NCBI GenBank assembly: GCA_000708835.1
Contig: DF237004.1
Coordinates: forward strand, 193,480-257,479
DNA from: Klebsormidium nitens
Lineage: Eukaryota; Plantae; Klebsormidiophyceae
Reading direction: 5' to 3'
Length of the DNA stretch: 64,000 nucleotides
Shown here: positions 38,408-50,500 of the stretch, one piece after another
How the letters are laid out: each line of letters begins with the position of its first letter
How positions within the stretch are numbered: position 1 is the stretch's first letter
The notes under the pieces: generated by a model
What the model saw: only the letters and a program-made list of their open reading frames with translations
Databases searched by the model: none
What the model was told of the DNA's origin: nothing
Program-made: the position numbers and the translations under genes

Positions 38408-41400
38408 TCAGGACGCGCCGAGCCGCGTCCGCGCCTGGTGCAACCGCTGAACGTCCTCCTCGCTCTTGAGCGTGCCCTTTGGCAGAAAGTTCGCGAGCTT
38501 GGCCGCGTACTCTTCGAGCAGCCGCTGCCGCTCCGCCTCGATGATGTGCGCGCGCTCCTCCTCCGCGGCCGCCAGCCGGCGCTGTTCTTCCAGCTCGGCC
38601 TCGCGCTGCAGGGTTCAACAAGTTGGGTTAAGAATAGAATTAAGCAGGAACCTAGTGGCTGGGCTGAAGACAGGTTTAGGGGTCGGTTTGGAAGATGATC
38701 GGCGACTCGATCATGCGGGCGCTCTCCGCAGCGTTGTTCTTCCAGCTCGACCTCGCGCTGCGGGGCTCAACGAGCTGTGTCGAGAATCTGGTTAAGAAAA
38801 AACCAGTTCGTCGGACCAAGAATCAATATGGGGTCTGTTTGAAAGCATAAGCAGCGCTTCAATCAGATCTAAAGAATCAAAGCTCATCGCCTGGGGCCCC
38901 TCGCCTCCACCGAAGAACCCCTTCATTGATTGCGGCTGGAATTCCCTTTACCCGCCGGAACCTTCTCACCTCTCTTTCCTCCTCCGCTTTCTCTCCCGCC
39001 CTCATCCCCAAATCTAAGTTGCAGATTTGACGAAGCATCCCCAGCTTTGCGGGTTTCAGAAATGTGATTTCAGCTTCTAGGCTTCTTGGGTTCAAAGACA
39101 TCCGAAATCTTCTCACCTGTTTCTGGTAGATCTCCTCTTTGACCCGCCACAGCCGCTCCACCTCCCGCTTATGTTCTTCCAGCTTCAGCCGCTTGCGCGC
39201 CGCGTTCATCTGCTCGATCCGGTCGTCTTCCGCGAACTTGGCCAGCATCCGCCGCCGGAACGCCTCCTCCTCGGCCGCCTCGCGCGCGCGCGCCTCCTCC
39301 TTGAGCCGCGCCTGCATTGCGTTTGCGGCCGCCATCTCCGCGCGCTGCCGCTCACGCTGTAAACAGGAAAAGGTTTCCGATCAGCGAAATATAAAGCGAG
39401 GATCAGGGGCAAACTCCGTGCGCTGTCCCTCACGTCAGGACAAGAGGAGCTTTTCGACTGGCGCGACGACAATTCAATCACGACTCGACCACGCTGCAAG
39501 ATTCAAGCCGTCTCTAAATGGCGGCCAAGGCCGTCATTTTCTACCACTGCTGCTTGCGTTACAGGAAGTAACAGTGCTTCGAGCGAAAGGGAAATCCTTC
39601 ATCAGCATACTTCACTGCAGTCGCACTTTCCGCGGGGCGCGTTTGCACCTGCCTTCTCCTCGTGCTGCCCCTTTCACTGGAAACGATATTAAGAGTCAAA
39701 ATTCCGCTCCCTTCAAAGAACATAAGACTTTCCGCGCGCGCCTTTTCAAACACTGAACCGATCTGGAGACGGGCACCCCCGCGGGCTGCCGCATACGCTT
39801 CGAAAGACAAACATTCACTGACCTTTTCGGAGGCCGAAACCATTGACGCCCCTAAGCTCGAAAGAGACAGGAGGCGCAGAAGCAGCGAGTAAAAGCCGGC
39901 TTGTACGCCACAGAGCTGACTAGTCTTTCGAAAATGAAGCGTCTACTAGGAGCGCATTCTGTGTACTTTTATTGTGCAATGTGAAAATGATCGATCCAGC
40001 CTATCATAGCTAGATTCACCTTTTGGCGCAGCGCCTCCGCTTCCCGCAAGTACCGGTCCTCCGCCTCTTGGAAGTGCAGCTCGTTGATGAGCGCCTCCAG
40101 CTCCTCGCGCCGCGCCTCCTCCGCCTGCCGCTCCCTGGCCAGCTGCGCGTGCACCCTGCGGTGCAGCAAACCGGGTTGGGTTAACTCGTAACCTGGTAGA
40201 ACGAGAAAGGCGAGTGCACCCTAAGGGGATGAGGTTGAGCGTTTCCAATCTGCAAAAGAAGGTGCTTCGTCAAGAACGCATGCACGCTGCGGTATAGCCG
40301 ACGGAAATTGTGCAGCAGACCGAAATTAAGGCGAGAATTTATACACCTACGCCGAAAGCTGTTCAGAGAGTCGTGGGTTAAAGTTTCTGCACCCCCTGCG
40401 TTCTGCCCAACGGGCCCCGGCCGACTTGGGAACAAGTCTCTTGATGGGTCGTTGGGCGAAAGGATTGGGGCAATGCGCAAAAACACGCTCTCTCACCGTA
40501 GCAAGGTCCTTCCGTGGGCTCATCCCTTCTGCTTACTCAGCAACAGAACAGCACAACTTGAAAAGCAATTGCTACATTGCCAGGTTGCAAGAAAGTCAGA
40601 TACTAGAAAACGCGAGCTCTCCGCACCTCCCTTGGTCGTCCGCCTTCTTCTTCTCCAGCTGCCGCCGTTCCTCCTCGCGCCGCTCCTTCTCCGCAGCGTA
40701 CTCGGCGATCCGCTCCTCTTCCGCGCGGATCGCATCCTCCTGCCACCAGAACCGGAACGATTGAGTGCAGTTACGGAGTAGACGCGCCAAGTCCGACTCT
40801 AATGGATCACCCTGATCGATCATGAAGAGACCAGTTTCGTCAGTCCTTGGCAACTCTTTGATGTCAATACTTGAAACATCAATTGTTGGGTCTCTCTTTT
40901 CATTGCAACGTTGAATCTGCTTCCTACGGCGTCTATCAATCCTGCCAGAGCTGCATCGGACGTCATCTGTCGTCAGGTCCGCAGACACACGGGCTGTCGC
41001 TGACGTCAGCCTCACCTGGGCTTGCCGCAGGGCCTCCCGTTCTCGGAGGTACTGCTCGATGTACCGCTGCGTCGCCACTTGTGAGTGCCTGCAGCAAAAA
41101 AGCTTTTAATCAGCGCATGGTTAAAAAGTACGAAGAAGTGAGCATGAAACTGGGCTGAAACTCGCCTGAAAGAGCCTGACGAGAGAGGGCTTCCACTCGT
41201 ACCTCGTCCCCGGGTTTTAAAAGCTGCGCACGTTGCTTTCGACGAAGCATCAAATCCATGAGGCGAGTCCGACTATGAAGCAGGGCCCATCCTCGGAAGA
41301 ACTCTGCTTCTTCCTGATGAAAAGTTCTGTCATCTGAAAGGAAACCTGACATCGTTAGCTCAAGCACAGTCTTCATCTTGAGAGAAGAAAAGCCACAAAC

Positions 41401-44400
41401 GTGAAAACGCTTCGATTGGCGCGGCGGCTCACTTGCGCCGCTCCCGCTCCTTCCGGTCCTCCTCGTCGATCTGCGCGACAATCGCATCCACGTGCGCGCG
41501 CTCTCGCGCGGCCTCAGCCGCGGCCGCCTCCTGCGCGGCCTGCCGCTCCGCCACCTGCGCTTCCAGCATCCGACGCGCCGTCACCTGCAAAGCGAAGGGG
41601 GTTTAAAGGGTTTTAGGACTTGGGGTTTCATGGTCTCCAAGGAGGGGCTTCAAAGTGGGCGTCCGAATTCAAAGCTCCGGAAACACGCACTCCGTGCATC
41701 TGAGTCTTTTTTAACGGACCAGGTTGCAATATTGGCGAATTTGGGCCCTCACCACCGTAGATGGCCTTGGGATGTCCATGCATGGCCTACGCCCACTTTG
41801 TGGGCTTCAACTGCTTTGAGGTCTTAAGAGTTTCACAGAACGGGTTTGCAGGTTAGTAGGTGTTTGAAGAGGTATTAGGGGTCTGAGGTTTGAGGGGTAT
41901 GAATGACGGGACTTCAGTGTCAAGCTTTACCTACGGCAACAATCTCGCCGTCTGCGTTCTTTCGGACCCGTGATGATCATTCTTGTTTGCTAGACTCCTG
42001 AGCCAGAAAATTTCCATTCACCAAGCGGAAGGCGCCCCAAAGTGTCGTCCTTTCGCTCGACTTTCCTACAGTCTCGTTTTAACCCTTTTGACCAAAAGGT
42101 GCGAGGTCGCGCATCCTAGAGATTCTCGCTTCGTTGATGTCCGTTCTGGCACAGCCCTTGCTTACTTTCTATATCTTAAATCAGAGTCTTCGGAGTCCAC
42201 GCTTCAATTGGCAAAAAAACTAAGAATAGGATACTCACCAACGGTTTGACCCGTCCCAAACCGTGCACACCCTTAACCTCGAGATAACCCTTCTGAACCT
42301 TCTCATTTCAACCCCACCCGTCTCAGCCAGAAACGTATAGAACATGGCCCTTGCAACAAATAGAGCTTCGTTTGACCACCTGGCGAATGGAACCGATAAT
42401 CTTCTCGACTGATGTCTGAATCAGATCCGAGTCCCCAGGCGAAAGTTGCTGGAAAGTTGGAAAACCCTGTCAAAAACGCTGTGGACTTGGCACAAACAAA
42501 AGATGCCCGCGGATACGTAAAGCAATGCCGTGGCAACTCCTAGCCCTGCCAAATCCAGGAAAACTTTCAGAAAGTTGCCGCAAAACTCCTCTTGGTTCTA
42601 CTTGCAGATTGGTTGAACGAAGCTGTTAAATGATCATTATCTGCCGTTATCCCGCCATACCTGGTTTGCCATCTTTCGCTGCTGGTCCTCTTGGTGCGCC
42701 CTCTCCGCCTTCCGCCGCTCCCCTTCTAGGATCGCGGCATATGCCGCGTGGTACGCAGCCTCCTGGGCCGCCGCTTCCTTCCGCTCCTCCAGCTGCACAC
42801 GTAGGATGACGTCACTCGTCACGAGAAGTGACGACAAAGAATTGCGACAGACGACGTCTCCATCCCAACGGAGACAACTGGGGAGCCTGGCGGTGGATCC
42901 ACCCAAGAATTCAATAAGAATGGAAGCCCGTTACGTTCGACTAACTTTGCAGGGGACCCTTACTCGAGAGTGCTCCGATGCCTCCCATGAGAAAACCCGC
43001 AGAGGTAGCAAGCGGCTTTGCAAACAGCGCAGCATTTCTTGGCAGCTCGCGCAGCTCCTTACGCTCGCCCCAAATCCACTAATTTCTGAATGTTGAACCG
43101 ATTAATCCTATACCTCCTGAGATCGGATCAGCAGAAAGTTCAAAGCTCTTACCCTAGCTCATCTGCAGTGCGCGCTCGCAGTTCTGTGTTGCCGCATGCG
43201 GCTTCTCCCGCTCTTGGAGGGGATTTTACCTTCACCCGAAAACCTGAACCCTAGAATCCTACCCTGATGCAACCGGAAAGGCTGAAGCTTTAAATCCCTG
43301 AAGTTGCGAGCCCACCTGCAGTGCACGCTCGCGTATCTCGCGGGTCGTCGCTCCCGTTGTTTCCCATTCTTCACGATGTTTGGACAGCCAACCCACGAAA
43401 TTCCGGAAATCAGAGACTTGAGTTCTAGACTTCAGGGCCCACCTGCAGTGCGCCGCGCGCAGCTTCTCCGCAGCCCCTCGCGCTGGCCGCAGTCCGTCAG
43501 AATCCTGACACTCTCCATCTCCTAAAACATGAAAAGGTCAAAGCTTCAGGATCCTAGCTCACCTGGAGTGCACGCTTCCAATCCAGCGTGGCTGCGCGCA
43601 GCTTCTCCTGCAGCTCCCGCAGCTCCTCGCTCTTGCCCTGAAGACCCTGTCCATCGAAAGTCAAGAGTCTGAAACGACACAAAATTCGAGGCTTACCTGA
43701 AGTGCACGCTCCCGATTCAGCGTGGCTGCGCGCAGCTTCTCCTGCAGCTCCCGCAGCTCCTCACTTTGCTCCAGCAGCCGCTGCCGGATCAGCAGCTCGC
43801 GCTCCTTCTCGCGCCGCTGCTCCTCCAGCGTGCGCGTGATGGCCTCCTCGTCCGCCGCAGCCTAGCAAGGTTGAGGCACAGGTTCGAAAGCGGTTAAAAA
43901 CGGGTGAGGGGCAGCTTTTGCCCCAAGATTGGCAAGGGCTTGGGCGGGTTAAGCGTGGGGTTAGGCGTAGGTTTCTCGACGCTTAGAGGTGAGTTAACCG
44001 CGGTGTAATGAAAATGCACAAAATGTTTCCTTGCGGCTGCTGCTCCTCCAGCGCGCGTGATGGCCTCTTCGTCTGCAGCGGCCTAGCCAGAGACCAGTGA
44101 GGGTGATATGGAGAAGAAGAGGGTTTGGAAGAGGGTTTGGAAGAGAGGGTTTTGGCGAGAATGATCGGCTTGAGCCTTGAGAATAGAATGCGCACCAGTC
44201 CTCTTCTGAGCCGCTGCTCCCTCAAGCGAGCGCGTAGTCGCCTCCTCGTCCTCCGCAACCTGGCCAAGCTTGGCAATGACTAGGGCGGGTTAAGCAAGAA
44301 ATAGGAGTTGGTTTCGTCGAGGAGCTTTTGCTGAAGGGCGCAGAAATGTAATGGCTTCTCTTCGCATGCCGCTGCTCGTCCAGAATGCTCCTCCAGAGTG

Positions 44401-46037
44401 CCATCGCCTCCATGCCTGCTGTAGCTCGGCCAAGCCAGGAACAATTGTGAGAGCGCATGAGCGGATGGGCGGAGGAAGCAAGGTCCTGAAGATTGCAATC
44501 TGCATGGCTTTCGGCACTGTCTAAGACATGAACACTGATTCCCAGACTTAGACTTGGAGTTCTGGTGGGAAAAGACGCTGCTGGCGATTAGGGCTGTGCT
44601 CATCACTCTTCTACTCGTCTGATTCCAGCTCACCTTAGCTGCCAACTCCCGAGCCCGAATCGCCGCCTCCATGGCTTCAATCTTCCTCGCCTCCACCGAT
44701 CGCTCCCGTGCCTACATCACAAGCACCGTTGTCACGAGTGCTTCTTCCCATCTTATGGAGACAAAGGACTGATGGTCATTCTGCCGACAAGCAAGTGCCA
44801 CCCGAGTATTCTTCACAAAATCGCACCAAAGACTCATGCCACTAATTACTACTCCGACCCCGATCTAATCAAGATCAAGTCGTCCCTCACGTTCAAACAG
44901 ATTCCTGCTGTCCTGAGCCAACCCTGGTCCTTGGCTGATCGCCTCCCCTTTGAATCACCAAAGAGACACAATATGCTTCTAAAATAGAGAAGGCTCCCCC
45001 AAGGCTGGGCCATAATCGGTCATGATGCAAGGTACTCTCGAGTGGTTTGGTGCTAACCCCGCAAATCATCCTAGCAAATAGGTGGTTAGCGCTGACCCAC
45101 CTCTCGGTCCCGCCGCACATCGTCCACTTTGCCCAGCCTCGTGTTGTTGCCCTTCTCGGCCTTGTCGGTCTTCAAATAACTGCAGTCAGATAAGAGAACT
45201 GACCTCAATATCAAAACCTACACGTCTTCTTACAAAAGCCTTCAACCCAACCTCTCATGACCAAACCTCGCATGCCAGAGCACGACTGGGCTCCTTTGTC
45301 CCAAAAACAAAAAGAAGAGGGGAAAACAAAGGAATCGGGAGGATCCATGGATAAGGAAGCCCAGCTCAGACTGCTGTAATCCAGCGGCTGAATGGAGGCC
45401 TCCCAAGGCTTCTACACTTCAAGCAAAAAGCCCTGTGTTGATGGCATGCAACCAAAGGAGCTTGGCTAAGACCAGCGGACGCTTGCCTGAGAATCTCCTC
45501 GTTCTTCCATTCTGCCTCCCGCCGCCTTTCCAAGTCCCGAGCTGCAAAAGCAACACCACACGGTTCACTACTGGGTGGGCACAAGAATCTTCGGTATTGG
45601 CGTGCCACTCCTTTGCCTAGCCCCCTCCTCCGGCTGTCTCTTGAGCTGACTCCGACAGCTTCCGCTTATGCTCTCCGCCTATGTGAGGAGTACCGCTGCC
45701 TATGAAGGGTTGCTTATGGGTATACCGCCTCTTCCCTTTGAGCACTGCAAACATAGGCTATGCCTTGCCTGTTCACTTCAAATGCTATCATAGCATGACG
45801 TCTCACCCCGTCTAACCAGATAGGAACAACCTTATTGAAAAGCAGGCTGCATCCTTGTCATTTGAGGGCAACTGTGACTTGTAAGAGTTCCAACGTAGCC
45901 AGAGGCACCCACAAAACACCTGCATCAAAAGCAAACTAAAGCGTTCCATCACCATCGCCCATAGATTGAGGCATTTTCGACCGCTTTAATCGAAAGCATT
46001 GCTCACCTCGCACGGCGCTGCTCCGGGAGGCCTGCAT
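38408..46037 (-). CDS. MNS1: MNS1/FAP127-like axonemal microtubule inner protein (trichoplein-like coiled coil)
   Basis: Exons approx 46037-46007, 45541-45487, 45180-45102, 44713-44636, 43861-43697, 42791-42661, 41585-41434, 41090-41017, 40741-40629, 40156-40020, 39357-39118, 38605-38408 join in phase. Signatures SEELRELQEKLRAATLNRERALQ, MLAKFAEDDRIEQMNA, LLEEYAAKLANFLPKGTLKSEED match remembered MNS1 motifs. Confidence 0.9.
43150..43640 (-). repeat. Four degenerate copies of an MNS1 exon 3' end plus donor site in the following intron
   Basis: Minus-strand GCACT(C/G)CAG|GT-type units with donors at 43561, 43441, 43314, 43161 versus real donor 43695. Confidence 0.85.
44030..44435 (-). repeat. 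Degenerate copies of an MNS1 acceptor plus exon start in the preceding intron
   Basis: Units resembling ctag|GCTGCGGCGGACGAGGAGGCCATCACGCGC.. with acceptors at 44083, 44260 and (weak) 44425 versus real 43862. Confidence 0.75.
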
Positions 46038-47545
46038 TGGACGAACAGGAATCAGCGTTTACTTTTCTTTTCTTCTCCCAATGTTTCTTTCAGCACCCGT
46101 ACGCTCTATGGATGTTCCCCAGTCAGTTGCGATGCAGCATTGTGAACGGAACTCACAGCATTGCTGGCCTGCGGTCCATAAAAGTAGGACCTGTGTTCCA
46201 GCTCTCTGCGCCTCCAAACAAACACCCAAGGTGGGAAAACCTTTATTTTCAGCACTCCAACCCGCCTGTCAGGCTTTCCATTGATTGTAAACCGCCCACA
46301 TTTGACGAGGCGGAACTTTGGGCGCTGGATTGGTGGTCAGACTCACCATGGCAAATCTGCAGCTCTTTGCTAGGCCCCTAAAGGACTTTCTCGCCTCGTC
46401 GTCCAATCAGTCCCTCTGCTGCAAGGTTGTCAAGTGCCCACATTAGGGTTGTTACTCAAAAAGCACTTCATTGGCTCTCTTAAATTCTTTATGATGCGAG
46501 ACTCTTGTATAAAAGTCAGATTGTGCTGCACCAAATCAAGGTTTCCTTTGCAGCATTCTGTATGGACCTGAGATAGGGGCAGCTTCCAAGTCACCCACTG
46601 AAATGCTTACGACGTCCCAACCTTCCTGTAATGCTCAGCACTCTCAGCACTTTCAGCAATTCAGCATTGCCTTCTGAAAAGAACGCTGAAAAGAGAAGCA
46701 GGCCTTAGTGCTATCATTGAAGCCGCTCTCTCAGATGGCTTGAACGCCCTTGCAATTGAGGGTGCACTTTACCTGCACGAGCGTTCCCTTCAAATGAAGA
46801 CATTAAGGTCCGCCCCTTTCATCAATGAGCCACGTCCGAGCGATTGAATGGATCAAACTCCTAACTCAAGCGCCATATCTGCCAATCCAACAGGTTTCTC
46901 CTGAGTTTTGACACAGCGACCCCCCGGGAGCAGGTTTTGAACCTGGCTGATCAAACGTTTTGCCTGATCCAGTGCAATGACCAATGCAAGCGTCTAGCGG
47001 CCCAGAATGGCAGCGCTCCCAGAGATCAGCCGACCCGTCTTTTTCTTTTTGCCACCTTTTTCCCGTAGCGCGCATGGAACCTTTGCCTGGAGGCTTGAGC
47101 AATTCAGCTGCTGAATTGAAATGCACTGCAGGATAAACAGTGTCTATGTTTTGTGTCTCCCGTCACGGTGAAAGTACAACTTTGCAAGTCGACGCACGGT
47201 ACCGTACACAGGTGCACACCAGATGAGAAGCGCGCGCAAGTGTCATATCGACGGTTCAGAGCTCACCCATTCAAATCTGACGGAGCAGGATGATGGGAGA
47301 ATCCCGGTACCAGGGCCAGGGTCACTTCTCGTCACTTCATGCATGGAGGCCATGGCTGCTTCAGCTGGCTCCTGTCCAGTCCAAGACTTTTATGGGCACA
47401 ATATGGATCAGAGGCGCGCCTCTCAATGAAACTTCAAGAGCTTCCTCTGCCAGCCATACTTCAACCTGAAATCTAAAAAGTTGCCTCATGATGATCATCT
47501 ATATATGCAGATCAGGAGCTCTTTCCATGCGCGAGCTATGAAAAC

Positions 47546-50500
47546 ATGGCTGGCAGCCACCTTCTCCCAGGGCATGTAATTTCGGTGGCATTGCTCATCA
47601 TTTCCGCAGCATTGCAAGCTGCAGGAATAAATGCCGCGTGCCACTCCACTGCTGAGTGGAAGGCGTGCACAGTGTATCAGATCATGACGGACCGCTTCTC
47701 GACGGATGACGGCAGTGCTGGGAACAGCCCTTGCAGTGATGAGTCCACGGTGTCCTTGGGGTAAGTGCATTTCCCGAAATCAAAGAAAAGTGGAGGTATA
47801 CTTTATGGTGCTGTTGGTGGTGTATATCGGTTCATGTGAATACAATCGCCAGAAAAGTGGACGTATAAGTTGATGGTGGTGGTGGTGTATGTATTGGTCT
47901 TATGCGTACCCAGCTCTGCTGAAGCAGCAGGAGATGACAAAATGAAAGGCCCCAACTGTTTCGGTGCCTTGCTGGTGAAAACGGATGGGGCTTATAGGAG
48001 AGGGGTGCTCAGAGTTCGACACCTTTTCTGAGAGTCTCTTTACCGCCCTCCACAGGGCTGAAAGTTGGACTTAAGGGGCACTCTGGTCTGAAAAATGTAC
48101 TTGCAACTTGCATCCGAAGGTTGACTTGCGAACACTCCTGCGTCTGGACAAGTAGAAAGACGCTCCATCTCCACCTTTGATCCTCAGTGTGTGTCCCTGA
48201 TTTGACTGGATGTTTTGCTTTGCATTGATGAGTCACAAGACCAAATGCTTGGCATCGAGGCAAACAGCCATGGGGCAGTCGGCCATACTTTTCAATCCTT
48301 TCAGAGCGTCTGAAGCAGGTTTGGCAGAACATTCACGTAAAGCGACGGCGCAGCACGCCAATGCTTCCCTGGAAAAAGGGCCGAATTACCCAAAAGCATA
48401 CAAACTCCATTTGCCTGGTCATCCCCATCAGAAAGCACGCAACTCTCCTTTCTTATTCACCTGTGGTCATCCACAGACAAGGTAGCTTTTTTTGTCCTAC
48501 AATGTCATTCTAGAAACGTCATGGCTTACTAGTATCCTTCTTTCACATCACCTGGCCTCGACCATCTAAACACCCCTCCCTAGTCCTATCACAACGTGTC
48601 AAGTCGTCATCATTATGTTTGAGGCGGACAAAGAAAGCTTTCCTCCTCTTGATTCACCACACTTTTCCTTTGCCAGGTACTGTGGCGGCACGTTCAGAGG
48701 AATCCAGAACAAGCTGGGTTACATTGCGGGGATGGGCTTTGACGCAATCTGGCTGTCGCCGGTGTTTACAACTGTGAGGGACGGATACCATGGATATTGG
48801 CCGCGCAACATCTACCAGGTCAACCCCCGGCACAGCTCGTGCGGGACTGTTGAGGCGGCGACGCGGGAGCTCAAGTAAGTGTAAGAACCAGATGGCTTTG
48901 GAAAGAAACTCAAGTGTTGAGGCGGCAGTGCGGGAGCTCAAGTGAGCCTGGGAAGCTAACTTCTGTAGGAGGAAGCGGGAGTTTCGAGGGGCCAACGCGG
49001 GAGCTTAAGTGAGTCTACAAAGGTAGATTCCTTAAGATACTGGAAGCCAGGAAAATGGAAAGACAAGGAAAGCATTGTGACGGCAGAGGAGGAGGGGCCG
49101 AAACAGGACAGAAAAGAAGAGCTGGGTAGTCAAGAGTTAGAGAAGATGAGATGCGGGCACCCAAGGGAAGTTTGTTTCACTTCCTTCGGAGGTTAAGCAC
49201 TGGCGCCAAATGGCGGTTCATACACTTGCTGCCACGAACCTCGTTACAGTCCACTCGGAGGTCGAGCATCCAGGTGAATGAAGATAGATTGAGTCGCTGT
49301 TGTGTAAAGAAAGGGCCCTGTATCGCTTACCAACGCTGTCCGGATATTGTGTCCTGCCAGGTCGCTGGTGCGAGCCGCCCACGAACGAGGCCTTCTAGTA
49401 ATGCTGGACATCGTGCCGAACCACATGGGGGGCGACTCGATTTCGGCCGACCCGCCAGACTACGCGCACTTTTCGCCGTTCAACAAGTCGGAGTATTTTC
49501 ACGCATGCCGGGGCGGGGAGCTTTGTAATGGAGACTGCACCATCAAGGGGGGGGGCTAGATCAGAAACTGCAAAGAGGTAAGTGTAAAGTGACCCATACA
49601 GAGAAAGAGAGGAGAGCTCAGAAAAGACACTGCGAAAACGAAGGATGCTGTAAAAACGATTGATGCACGGGGAAGTGCAGTAAAGTGTCCAGAAAAGAAA
49701 GAGAATGAGACTGAAGCAAAGAAGGAATGAGAAAGAGGAGGGTAGACAGAAAGGCAATAGAGCTTAGGACGAGCCGTCAAGAAAGCGGAAGGACAGAATA
49801 AACGAAGACGTAAAACGGACGGAAAAGAGCAAGACAAAGAGAAAGCAGAAAAAGGACGAGCCGAGTGAAAGCAAAAGGACAAAAACGAAGACAGGAAATT
49901 GAGAAAAAAGAAGGAAGACAAAATGGAGAGAAGTTAAGGAAGTATTTTAACGATCTGCAGGTGGGGCGGCGGGGCGTGGAGCAGTGCCGGGAGACGCACG
50001 GCCTTATCGACCTGAACGACTCGCACCCGTACGTGCGGGAGACATTCACCCACTGGATAAAGTGGGTGAGCAAGCAGACTCGCTCAGCAAAACGTGCACT
50101 TTCTTGAGCAGACACCACGTGTATCGAAATCAATGGGGTTCGGGTCGATGCGGCCGGCTTCGGTTTTGGGTGCCTAAACGGCGCTTCAGGATTTCGGAAC
50201 CGGGTTGGAGAACTGCCCCGTGCCGTCCTCCATTGTTCATGCTATCCGAGGCAACGAGTGACATCCGCCTTCAATCCACCGACCTTTTTGCAGTCAGCTG
50301 GAGGAGGAACTTACAGACGAGGATGCGCCACTTTCATCATCTGTCGTCTCCTTCTTTCTTCTCATCTGCTTTGGCTGCCCCCCGGTTCTTGCTTCTCTCC
50401 GTCTTCACCTTTTCGTTGCTCACGGTTTAAACACAAGAATTCACTAAGTCGCCCTGACAGGAACGAAAGCAACACCCAGAAAGGAGCTAAACACACATCC

